Shown: piece by piece, positions 41,201-54,100 of the stretch
Layout: every line of letters begins with the position of its first letter
Position numbering within the stretch: position 1 is the stretch's first letter
Assembly: GCA_043228905.1 (NCBI GenBank)
Contig: JBHGNT010000106.1
Span: forward strand, 21,076-85,075
Source of the DNA: Azolla caroliniana
Lineage: Eukaryota; Plantae; Polypodiophyta
Direction: 5' to 3'
Length of the DNA stretch: 64,000 bases
The notes under the pieces: model-generated
What the model was told of the DNA's origin: nothing
The model's input: only the letters and a program-made list of their open reading frames with translations
The model's database searches: none
Translations under genes and position numbers: made by a program

Positions 41201-44200
41201 CCATATTATAGCTAGCGTTGTTAGCTTCGAATCGCATATTTGAACACAAAAATCCGATATCACACGAGGCAGGCATGAACATTTTAATTTACTCAAGGGC
41301 TCTTCTCAACTCACTCCTCAAATTTGCTAATTTCGTCATGTCTCTCGACCTGAGTTTCAAAATCTTGATTTTTTAATTCCATATCGTAGCTAGCGTTGTT
41401 AGCTTCGATTCGCATGTTTGAACACAAAAATCCGATATCACACGAGCCAGGTATGAACATTTTAATTTACTCAAGGGCTCCTCTCAACTCCCTCCTCAAA
41501 TTTGGTAATTTCATCATGTCTCTTGACCTGAGTTTCAAAATCTTGATTTTTTAATTCCATATCATAGCTAGCGTTTTTAGCTTCGAATCGCATGTTTGAA
41601 CACAAAAATCCGATATCACACGAGCCAGGTATGAACATTTTCATTTACTCACAGGCTCCTCTCAACTCACTACTCACATTTGTTAATTTCGTCATGTCTC
41701 TCGACCTGAGTTTCAAAATCTTGATTTTTTAATTCCATATCATAGCTAGCGTTGTTAGCTTCGATTCGCATGTTTGAACACAAAAATCCGATATCACACG
41801 AGCCAGGTATGAACATTTTAATTTACTCAAGGGCTCCTCTCAACTCCCTCCTCAAATTTGGTAATTTCATCATGTCTCTTGACCTGAGTTTCAAAATCTT
41901 GATTTTTTAATTCCATATTATAGCTAGCGTTGTTAGCTTCGAATCGCATGTTTGAACACAAAAATCCGATATCACACGAGGCAGGTATGAACATTTTAAT
42001 TTACTCAAGGGCTCTTCCCAACTCACTCCTCAAATTTGCTAATTTCGTCATGTCTCTCGACCTGAGTTTCAAAATCTTGATTTTTTAATTCCATATCGTA
42101 GCTAGCGTTGTTAGCTTCGATTTGCATGTTTGAACACAAAAATCCGATATCACACGAGGCAGGTATGAACATTTTAATTTACTCAAGGGCTCTTCTCAAC
42201 CACTCCTCAAATTTGCTAATTTCGTCATGTCTCTCGACCTGAGTTTCAAAATCTTGATTTTTTAATTCCATATTATAGCTAGCGTTGTTAGCTTCGATTC
42301 GCATGTTTGAACACAAAAATCCGATATCACACGAGCCAGGTATGAACATTTTAATTTACTAAAGGGCTCCTCTCAACTCCCTCCTCAAGTTTGCTAATTT
42401 CGTCATGTCTCTCGACCTGAGTCTCAAAATCTTGATTTTTTAATTCCATATCATAGCTAGCGTTGTTAGCTTCGATTCGCATGTTTGAACACAAGAATCC
42501 GATATCACAGGAGCCAGGTATGAACATTTTAATTTACTCAAGGGCTCCTCTCAACTCCCTCCTCATGTTTGCTAATATCGTCATGTCTCTCGACCTGAGT
42601 TTCAAAATCTTGATTTTTTAATTCCATATCATAGCTAGCGTTGTTAGCTTCATTCGCATGTTTGAACACAAAAATCCGATATCACACGAGCTAGGTATGA
42701 ACATTTTAATTTACTCAAGGGCTCCTCTCAACTCCCTCCTCATGTTTGCTAATTTCGCCATGTCTGTCGACCTGAGTTTCAAAATCTTGATTTTTTAATT
42801 CCATATTATAGCTAGCGTTGTTAGCTTCGAATCGCATATTTGAACACAAAAATCCGATATCACACGAGGCAGGCATGAACATTTTAATTTACTCAAGGGC
42901 TCTTCTCAACTCACTCCTCAAATTTGCTAATTTCGTCATGTCTCTCGACCTGAGTTTCAAAATCTTGATTTTTTAATTCCATATCGTAGCTAGCGTTGTT
43001 AGCTTCGATTTGCATGTTTGAACACAAAAATCCGATATCACACGAGGCAGGTATGAACATTTTAATTTACTCAAGGGCTCTTCCCAACTCACTCCTCAAA
43101 TTTGCTAATTTCGTCATGTCTCTTGACCTGATTTTCAAAATCTTGATTTTTTAATTCCATATCGTAGCTAGCGTTGTTAGCTTCGATTTGCATGTTTGAA
43201 CACAAAAATCCGATATCACACGAGGCAGGTATGAACATTTTAATTTACTCAAGGGCTCTTCTCAACCACTCCTCAAATTTGCTAATTTCGTCATGTCTCT
43301 CGACCTGAGTTTCAAAATCTTGATTTTTTAAGTCCATATCATAGCTAGCGTTGTTAGCTTCGATTCGCATGTTTGAACACAAAAATCGGATATCACACGA
43401 GCCAGGTATGAACATTTTCATTTACTCAAGGCTTCCTCTCAACTCCCTCCTCATGTTTGCTAATGTCGTCATGTCTCTCGACCTGAGTTTCAAAATCTTG
43501 ATATTTTAATTCCATATCATAGCTAGCGTTGTTAGCTTCGATTCGCATGTTTGAACACAAAAATCCGATATCACACGAGCTAGGTATGAACATTTTAATT
43601 TACTCAAGGGCTCCTCTCAACTCCCTCCTCATGTTTGCTAATTTCGCCATGTCTGTCGACCTGAGTTTCAAAATCTTGATTTTTTAATTCCATATTATAG
43701 CTAGCGTTGTTAGCTTCGAATCGCATATTTGAACACAAAAATCCGATATCACACGAGGCAGGCATGAACATTTTAATTTACTCAAGGGCTCTTCTCAACT
43801 CACTCCTCAAATTTGCTAATTTCGTCATGTCTCTCGACCTGAGTTTCAAAATCTTGATTTTTTAATTCCATATCGTAGCTAGCGTTGTTAGCTTCGATTC
43901 GCATGTTTGAACACAAAAATCCGATATCACACGAGCCAGGTATGAACATTTTAATTTACTCAAGGGCTCCTCTCAACTCCCTCCTCAAATTTGGTAATTT
44001 CATCATGTCTCTTGACCTGAGTTTCAAAATCTTGATTTTTTAATTCCATATCATAGCTAGCGTTTTTAGCTTCGAATCGCATGTTTGAACACAAAAATCC
44101 GATATCACACGAGCCAGGTATGAACATTTTCATTTACTCACAGGCTCCTCTCAACTCACTACTCACATTTGTTAATTTCGTCATGTCTCTCGACCTGAGT

Positions 44201-45164
44201 TTCAAAATCTTGATTTTTTAATTCCATATCATAGCTAGCGTTGTTAGCTTCGATTCGCATGTTTGAACACCAAAATCCGATATCACACGAGCCAGGTATG
44301 AACATTTTAATTTACTCAAGGGCTCCTCTCAACTCCCTCCTCAAATTTGGTAATTTCATCATGTCTCTTGACCTGAGTTTCAAAATCTTGATTTTTTAAT
44401 TCCATATCGTAGCTAGCGTTGTTAGCTTCGATTCGCATGTTTGAACACAAAAATCCGATATCACACGAGCCAGGTATGAACATTTTCATTTACTCACAGG
44501 CTCCTCTCAACTCACTACTCACATTTGTTAATTTCGTCATGTCTCTCGACCTGAGTTTCAAAATCTTGATTTTTTAATTCCATATCATAGCTAGCGTTGT
44601 TAGCTTCGATTCGCATGTTTGAACACAAAAATCCAATATCACACGAGCCAGGTATGAACATTTTAATTTACTCAAGGGCTCCTCTCAACTCCCTCCTCAA
44701 ATTTGGTAATTTCATCATGTCTCTTGACCTGAGTTTCAAAATCTTGATTTTTTAATTCCATATTATAGCTAGCGTTGTTAGCTTCGAATCGCATGTTTGA
44801 ACACAAAAATCCGATATCACACGAGGCAGGTATGAACATTTTAATTTACTCAAGGGCTCTTCCCAACTCACTCCTCAAATTTGCTAATTTCGTCATGTCT
44901 CTCGACCTGAGTTTCAAAATCTTGATTTTTTAATTCCATATCGTAGCTAGCGTTGTTAGCTTCGATTTGCATGTTTGAACACAAAAATCCGATATCACAC
45001 GAGGCAGGTATGAACATTTTAATTTACTCAAGGGCTCTTCTCAACCACTCCTCAAATTTGCTAATTTCGTCATGTCTCTCGACCTGAGTTTCAAAATCTT
45101 GATTTTTTAATTCCATATTATAGCTAGCGTTGTTAGCTTCGATTCGCATGTTTGAACACAAAAA
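35208..45164 (+). repeat. Right-domain HOR: four units of 14, 12, 14 and 16 monomers
   Basis: The marker monomer (ttactaaagg/caagtttgct/gagtctcaaa) recurs with its ctcaaa at 35311, 37801, 39934, 42423 and 45268. Spacings are 2490, 2133, 2489 and 2845 bp. Shared markers include cttgacctgatttt, ttaagtcc, aatcggat, gatatttt and gcgtttttag. Confidence 0.85.
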
Positions 45165-48100
45165 TCCGATATCACACGAGCCAGGTATGAACATTTTAAT
45201 TTACTAAAGGGCTCCTCTCAACTCCCTCCTCAAGTTTGCTAATTTCGTCATGTCTCTCGACCTGAGTCTCAAAATCTTGATTTTTTAATTCCATATCATA
45301 GCTAGCGTTGTTAGCTTCGATTCGCATGTTTGAACACAAGAATCCGATATCACAGGAGCCAGGTATGAACATTTTAATTTACTCAAGGGCTCCTCTCAAC
45401 TCCCTCCTCATGTTTGCTAATATCGTCATGTCTCTCGACCTGAGTTTCAAAATCTTGATTTTTTAATTCCATATCATAGCTAGCGTTGTTAGCTTCGATT
45501 CGCATGTTTGAACACAAAAATCCGATATCACACGAGCTAGGTATGAACATTTTAATTTACTCAAGGGCTCCTCTCAACTCCCTCATGTTTGCTAATTTCG
45601 CCATGTCTGTCGACCTGAGTTTCAAAATCTTGATTTTTTAATTCCATATTATAGCTAGCGTTGTTAGCTTCGAATCGCATATTTGAACACAAAAATCCGA
45701 TATCACACGAGGCAGGCATGAACATTTTAATTTACTCAAGGGCTCTTCTCAACTCACTCCTCAAATTTGCTAATTTCGTCATGTCTCTCGACCTGAGTTT
45801 CAAAATCTTGATTTTTTAATTCCATATCGTAGCTAGCGTTGTTAGCTTCGATTTGCATGTTTGAACACAAAAATCCGATATCACACGAGGCAGGTATGAA
45901 CATTTTAATTTACTCAAGGGCTCTTCCCACCTCACTCCTCAAATTTGCTAATTTCGTCATGTCTCTCGACCTGAGTTTCAAAATCTTGATTTTTTAATTC
46001 CATATCGTAGCTAGCGTTGTTAGCTTCGATTTGCATGTTTGAACACAAAAATCCGATATCACACGAGGCAGGTATGAACATTTTAATTTACTCAAGGGCT
46101 CTTCTCAACCACTCCTCAAATTTGCTAATTTCGTCATGTCTCTCGACCTGAGTTTCAAAATCTTGATTTTTGAAGTCCATATCATAGCTAGCGTTGTTAG
46201 CTTCGATTCGCATGTTTGAACACAAAAATCGGATATCACACGAGCCAGGTATGAACATTTTCATTTACTCAAGGCTTCCTCTCAACTCCCTCCTCATGTT
46301 TGCTAATGTCGTCATGTCTCTCGACCTGAGTTTCAAAATCTTGATTTTTTAATTCCATATCATAGCTAGCGTTGTTAGCTTCGATTCGCATGTTTGAACA
46401 CAAAAATCCGATATCACACGAGCCAGGTATGAACATTTTAATTTACTCAAGGGCTCCTCTCAACTCCCTCCTCATGTTTGCTAATATCGTCATGTCTCTC
46501 GACCTGAGTTTCAAAATCTTGATTTTTTAATTCCATATCGTAGCTAGCGTTGTTAGCTTCGATTCGCATGTTTGAACACAAAAATCCGATATCACACGAG
46601 CCAGGTATGAACATTTTAATTTACTCAAGGGCTCCTCTCAACTCCCTCCTCAAATTTGGTAATTTCATCATGTCTCTTGACCTGAGTTTCAAAATCTTGA
46701 TTTTTTAATTCCATATCATAGCTAGCGTTTTTAGCTTCGAATCGCATGTTTGAACACAAAAATCCGATATCACACGAGCCAGGTATGAACATTTTCATTT
46801 ACTCACAGGCTCCTCTCAACTCACTACTCACATTTGTTAATTTCGTCATGTCTCTCGACCTGAGTTTCAAAATCTTGATTTTTTAATTCCATATCATAGC
46901 TAGCGTTGTTAGCTTCGATTCGCATGTTTGAACACAAAAATCCGATATCACACGAGCCAGGTATGAACATTTTAGTTTACTCAAGGGCTCCTCTCAACTC
47001 CCTCCTCAAATTTGGTAATTTCATCATGTCTCTTGACCTGAGTTTCAAAATCTTGATTTTTTAATTCCATATCATAGCTAGCGTTGTTAGCTTCCAATTG
47101 CATGTTTGAACACAAAAATCCGATATTACACGAGCCAGGTATGAACATTTTAATTTACTCAAGGGCTCTTCCCAACTCACTCCTCAAATTTGCTAATTTC
47201 GTCATGTCTCTCGACCCGAGTTTCAAAATCTTGATTTTTTAATTCCATATCGTAGCTAGCGTTGTTAGCTTCGATTTGCATGTTTGAACACAAAAATCCG
47301 ATATCACACGAGCCAGGTATGAACATTTTCATTTACTCACAGGCTCCTCTCAACTCACTACTCACATTTGTTAATTATGTCATGTCTCTCGACCTGAGTT
47401 TCAAAATCTTGATTTTTTAATTCCATATCATAGCTAGCGTTGTTAGCTTCGATTCGCATGTTTGAACACAAAAATCCGATATCACACGAGCCAGGTATGA
47501 ACATTTTAATTTACTCAAGGGCTCCTCTCAACTCCCTCCTCAAATTTGGTAATTTCATCATGTCTCTTGACCTGAGTTTCAAAATCTTGATTTTTTAATT
47601 CCATATTATAGCTAGCGTTGTTAGCTTCGATTCGCATGTTTGAACACAAAAATCCGATATCACATGAGGCAGGTATGAACATTTTAATTTACTCAAGGGC
47701 TCCTCTCAACTCCCTCCTCAAATTTGGTAATTTCATCATGTCTCTTGACCTGAGTTTCAAAATCTTGATTTTTTAATTCCATATCATAGCTAGCGTTGTT
47801 AGCTTCGAATCGCATGTTTGAACACAATAATCCGATATCACACGAGGCAGGTATGAACATTTTAATTTACTCAAGGGCTCTTCTCAACCACTCCTCAAAT
47901 TTGCTAATTTCGTCATGTCTCTCGACCTGAGTTTCAAAATCTTGATTTTTTAATTCCATATCGTAGCTAGCGTTGTTAGCTTCGATTTGCATGTTTGAAC
48001 ACAAAAATCCGATATCACACGAGGCAGGTATGAACATTTTAATTTACTCAAGGGCTCTTCTCAACCACTCCTCAAATTTGCTAATTTCGTCATGTCTCTC

Positions 48101-51100
48101 GACCTGAGTTTCAAAATCTTGATTTTTTAATTCCATATTATAGCTAGCGTTGTTAGCTTCGATTCGCATGTTTGAACACAAGAATCCGATATCACAGGAG
48201 CCAGGTATGAACATTTTAATTTACTCAAGGGCTCCTCTCAACTCCCTCCTCATGTTTGCTAATATCGTCATGTCTCTCGACCTGAGTTTCAAAATCTTGA
48301 TTTTTTAATTCCATATCATAGCTAGCGTTGTTAGCTTCGATTCGCATGTTTGAACACAAAAATCCGATATCACACGAGCTAGGTATGAACATTTTAATTT
48401 ACTCAAGGGCTCCTCTCAACTCCCTCCTCATGTTTGCTAATTTCGCCATGTCTGTCGACCTGAGTTTCAAAATCTTGATTTTTTAATTCCATATTATAGC
48501 TAGCGTTGTTAGCTTCGAATCGCATATTTGAACACAAAAATCCGATATCACACGAGGCAGGCATGAACATTTTAATTTACTCAAGGGCTCTTCTCAACTC
48601 ACTCCTCAAATTTGCTAATTTCGTCATGTCTCTCGACCTGAGTTTCAAAATCTTGATTTTTTAATTCCATATCGTAGCTAGCGTTGTTAGCTTCGATTTG
48701 CATGTTTGAACACAAAAATCCGATATCACACGAGGCAGGTATGAACATTTTAATTTACTCAAGGGCTCTTCCCAACTCACTCCTCAAATTTGCTAATTTC
48801 GTCATGTCTCTCGACCTGAGTTTCAAAATCTTGATTTTTTAATTCCATATCGTAGCTAGCGTTGTTAGCTTCGATTTGCATGTTTGAACACAAAAATCCG
48901 ATATCACACGAGGCAGGTATGAACATTTTAATTTACTCAAGGGCTCTTCTCAACCACTCCTCAAATTTGCTAATTTCGTCATGTCTCTCGACCTGAGTTT
49001 CAAAATCTTGATTTTTTAAGTCCATATCATAGCTAGCGTTGTTAGCTTCGATTCGCATGTTTGAACACAAAAATCGGATATCACACGAGCCAGGTATGAA
49101 CATTTTCATTTACTCAAGGCTTCCTCTCAACTCCCTCCTCATGTTTGCTAATGTCGTCATGTCTCTCGACCTGAGTTTCAAAATCTTGATTTTTTAATTC
49201 CATATCATAGCTAGCGTTGTTAGCTTCGATTCGCATGTTTGAACACAAAAATCCGATATCACACGAGCCAGGTATGAACATTTTAATTTACTCAAGGGCT
49301 CCTCTCAACTCCCTCCTCATGTTTCCTAATTTCGTCATGTCTCTCGACCTGAGTTTCAAAATCTTGATTTTTTAATTCCATATCGTAGCTAGCGTTGTTA
49401 GCTTCGATTCGCATGTTTGAACACAAAAATCCGATATCACACGAGCCAGGTATGAACATTTTAATTTACTCAAGGGCTCCTCTCAACTCCCTCCTCAAAT
49501 TTGGTAATTTCATCATGTCTCTTAACCTGAGTTTCAAAATCTTGATTTTTTAATTCCATATCATAGCTAGCGTTTTTAGCTTCGAATCGCATGTTTGAAC
49601 ACAAAAATCCGATATCACACGAGCCAGGTATGAACATTTTCATTTACTCACAGGCTCCTCTCAACTCCCTCCTCATGTTTCCTAATTTCGTCATGTCTCT
49701 CGACCTGAGTTTCAAAATCTTGATTTTTTAATTCCATATCATAGCTAGCGTTGTTAGCTTCGAATCGCATGTTTGAACACAAAAATCCGATATCACACGA
49801 GGCAGGTATGAACATTTTAATTTACTCAAGGGTTCCTCTCAGCTCACTACTCAAATTTGCTAATTTCGTCATGTCTCTCGACCTGAGTTTCAAAATCTTG
49901 ATTTTTTAATTCCATATCATAGCTAGCGTTGTTAGGTTCGATTCGCTTGGTTGAACGCAAAAATCCGATATCACACGAGCCACGTATGAACATTTTAATT
50001 TACTCAAGGGCTCCTCTCAACTCCCTCCTCATGTTTGCTAATTTCGTCATGTCTCTCGACCTGAGTTTCAAAATCTTGATTTTTTAATTCCATATCATAG
50101 CTAGCGTTGTTAGCTTCGATTCGCATGTTTGAACACAAAAATCCGATATCACACGAGCCACGTATGAACATTTTAATTTACTCAAGGGCTCCTCTCAACT
50201 CCCTCCTCATGTTTGCTATTTTCGTCATGTCTCTCGACCTGAGTTTCAAAATCTTGATTTTTTAATTCTATATCATAGCTAGCGTTGTTAGCTTCGATTC
50301 GCATGTTTGAACACAAAAATCCGATATCACACGAGCCACGTATGAACATTTTAATTTACTCAAGGGCTCCTCTCAACTCCCTCCTCATGTTTGCTAATTT
50401 CGTCATGTCTCTCGACCTGAGTTTCAAAATCTTGATTTTTTAATTCCATATCATAGCTAGCGTTGTTAGCTTCGATTCGCATGTTTGAACACAAAAATCC
50501 GATATCACACGAGCCAGGTATGAACATTTTAATTTACTCAAGGGCTCCTCTCAACTCCCTCCTCATGTTTCCTAATTTCGTCATGTCTCTCGACCTGAGT
50601 TTCAAAATCTTGATTTTTTAATTCCATATCGTAGCTAGCGTTGTTAGCTTCGATTCGCATGTTTGAACACAAAAATCCGATATCACACGAGCCAGGTATG
50701 AACATTTTAATTTACTCAAGGGCTCTTCTCAACTCACTCCTCAAATTTGCTAATTTCGTCATGTCTCTCGACCTGAGTTTCAAAATCTTGATTTTTTAAT
50801 TCCATATTATAGCTAGCGTTGTTAGCTTCGAATCGCATGTTTGAACACAAAAATCCGATATCACACGAGGCAGGTATGAACATTTTAATTTACTCAAGGG
50901 CTCTTCCCAACTCACTCCTCAAATTTGCTAATTTCGTCATGTCTCTCGACCTGAGTTTCAAAATCTTGATTTTTTAATTCCATATCGTAGCTAGCGTTGT
51001 TAGCTTCGATTTGCATGTTTGAACACAAAAATCCGATATCACACGAGGCAGGTATGAACATTTTAATTTACTCAAGGGCTCTTCTCAACCACTCCTCAAA

Positions 51101-54100
51101 TTTGCTAATTTCGTCATGTCTCTCGACCTGAGTTTCAAAATCTTGATTTTTTAATTCCATATTATAGCTAGCGTTGTTAGCTTCGATTCGCATGTTTGAA
51201 CACAAAAATCCGATATCACACGAGCCAGGTATGAACATTTTAATTTACTAAAGGGCTCCTCTCAACTCCCTCCTCAAGTTTGCTAATTTCGTCATGTCTC
51301 TCGACCTGAGTCTCAAAATCTTGATTTTTTAATTCCATATCATAGCTAGCGTTGTTAGCTTCGATTCGCATGTTTGAACACAAGAATCCGATATCACAGG
51401 AGCCAGGTATGAACATTTTAATTTACTCAAGGGCTCCTCTCAACCCCCTCCTCATGTTTGCTAATATCGTCATGTCTCTCGACCTGAGTTTCAAAATCTT
51501 GATTTTTTAATTCCATATCATAGCTAGCGTTGTTAGCTTCGATTCGCATGTTTGAACACAAAAATCCGATATCACACGAGCTAGGTATGAACATTTTAAT
51601 TTACTCAAGGGCTCCTCTCAACTCCCTCATGTTTGCTAATTTCGCCATGTCTGTCGACCTGAGTTTCAAAATCTTGATTTTTTAATTCCATATTATAGCT
51701 AGCGTTGTTAGCTTCGAATCGCATATTTGAACACAAAAATCCGATATCACACGAGGCAGGCATGAACATTTTAATTTACTCAAGGGCTCTTCTCAACTCA
51801 CTCCTCAAATTTGCTAATTTCGTCATGTCTCTCGACCTGAGTTTCAAAATCTTGATTTTTTAATTCCATATCGTAGCTAGCGTTGTTAGCTTCGATTTGC
51901 ATGTTTGAACACAAAAATCCGATATCACACGAGGCAGGTATGAACATTTTAATTTACTCAAGGGCTCTTCCCACCTCACTCCTCAAATTTGCTAATTTCG
52001 TCATGTCTCTCGACCTGAGTTTCAAAATCTTGATTTTTTAATTCCATATCGTAGCTAGCGTTGTTAGCTTCGATTTGCATGTTTGAACACAAAAATCCGA
52101 TATCACACGAGGCAGGTATGAACATTTTAATTTACTCAAGGGCTCTTCTCAACCACTCCTCAAATTTGCTAATTTCGTCATGTCTCTCGACCTGAGTTTC
52201 AAAATCTTGATTTTTGAAGTCCATATCATAGCTAGCGTTGTTAGCTTCGATTCGCATGTTTGAACACAAAAATCGGATATCACACGAGCCAGGTATGAAC
52301 ATTTTCATTTACTCAAGGCTTCCTCTCAACTCCCTCCTCATGTTTGCTAATGTCGTCATGTCTCTCGACCTGAGTTTCAAAATCTTGATTTTTTAATTCC
52401 ATATCATAGCTAGCGTTGTTAGCTTCGATTCGCATGTTTGAACACAAAAATCCGATATCACACGAGCCAGGTATGAACATTTTAATTTACTCAAGGGCTC
52501 CTCTCAACTCCCTCCTCATGTTTGCTAATATCGTCATGTCTCTCGACCTGAGTTTCAAAATCTTGATTTTTTAATTCCATATCGTAGCTAGCGTTGTTAG
52601 CTTCGATTCGCATGTTTGAACACAAAAATCCGATATCACACGAGCCAGGTATGAACATTTTAATTTACTCAAGGGCTCCTCTCAACTCCCTCCTCAAATT
52701 TGGTAATTTCATCATGTCTCTTGACCTGAGTTTCAAAATCTTGATTTTTTAATTCCATATCATAGCTAGCGTTTTTAGCTTCGAATCGCATGTTTGAACA
52801 CAAAAATCCGATATCACACGAGCCAGGTATGAACATTTTCATTTACTCACAGGCTCCTCTCAACTCACTACTCACATTTGTTAATTTCGTCATGTCTCTC
52901 GACCTGAGTTTCAAAATCTTGATTTTTTAATTCCATATCATAGCTAGCGTTGTTAGCTTCGATTCGCATGTTTGAACACAAAAATCCGATATCACACGAG
53001 CCAGGTATGAACATTTTAGTTTACTCAAGGGCTCCTCTCAACTCCCTCCTCAAATTTGGTAATTTCATCATGTCTCTTGACCTGAGTTTCAAAATCTTGA
53101 TTTTTTAATTCCATATCATAGCTAGCGTTGTTAGCTTCCAATTGCATGTTTGAACACAAAAATCCGATATTACACGAGCCAGGTATGAACATTTTAATTT
53201 ACTCAAGGGCTCTTCCCAACTCACTCCTCAAATTTGCTAATTTCGTCATGTCTCTCGACCCGAGTTTCAAAATCTTGATTTTTTAATTCCATATCGTAGC
53301 TAGCGTTGTTAGCTTCGATTTGCATGTTTGAACACAAAAATCCGATATCACACGAGCCAGGTATGAACATTTTCATTTACTCACAGGCTCCTCTCAACTC
53401 ACTACTCACATTTGTTAATTATGTCATGTCTCTCGACCTGAGTTTCAAAATCTTGATTTTTTAATTCCATATCATAGCTAGCGTTGTTAGCTTCGATTCG
53501 CATGTTTGAACACAAAAATCCGATATCACACGAGCCAGGTATGAACATTTTAATTTACTCAAGGGTTCTTCTCAACCACTCCTCAAATTTGCTAATTTCG
53601 TCATGTCTCTCGACCTGAGTTTCAAAATCTTGATTTTTTAAGTCCATATCATAGCTAGCGTTGTTAGCTTCGATTCGCATGTTTGAACACAAAAATCGGA
53701 TATCACACGAGCCAGGTATGAACATTTTCATTTACTCAAGGCTTCCTCTCAACTCCCTCCTCATGTTTGCTAATGTCGTCATGTCTCTCGACCTGAGTTT
53801 CAAAATCTTGATATTTTAATTCCATATCATAGCTAGCGTTGTTAGCTTCGATTCGCATGTTTGAACACAAAAATCCGATATCACACGAGCTAGGTATGAA
53901 CATTTTAATTTACTCAAGGGCTCCTCTCAACTCCCTCCTCATGTTTGCTAATTTCGCCATGTCTGTCGACCTGAGTTTCAAAATCTTGATTTTTTAATTC
54001 CATATTATAGCTAGCGTTGTTAGCTTCGAATCGCATATTTGAACACAAAAATCCGATATCACACGAGGCAGGCATGAACATTTTAATTTACTCAAGGGCT

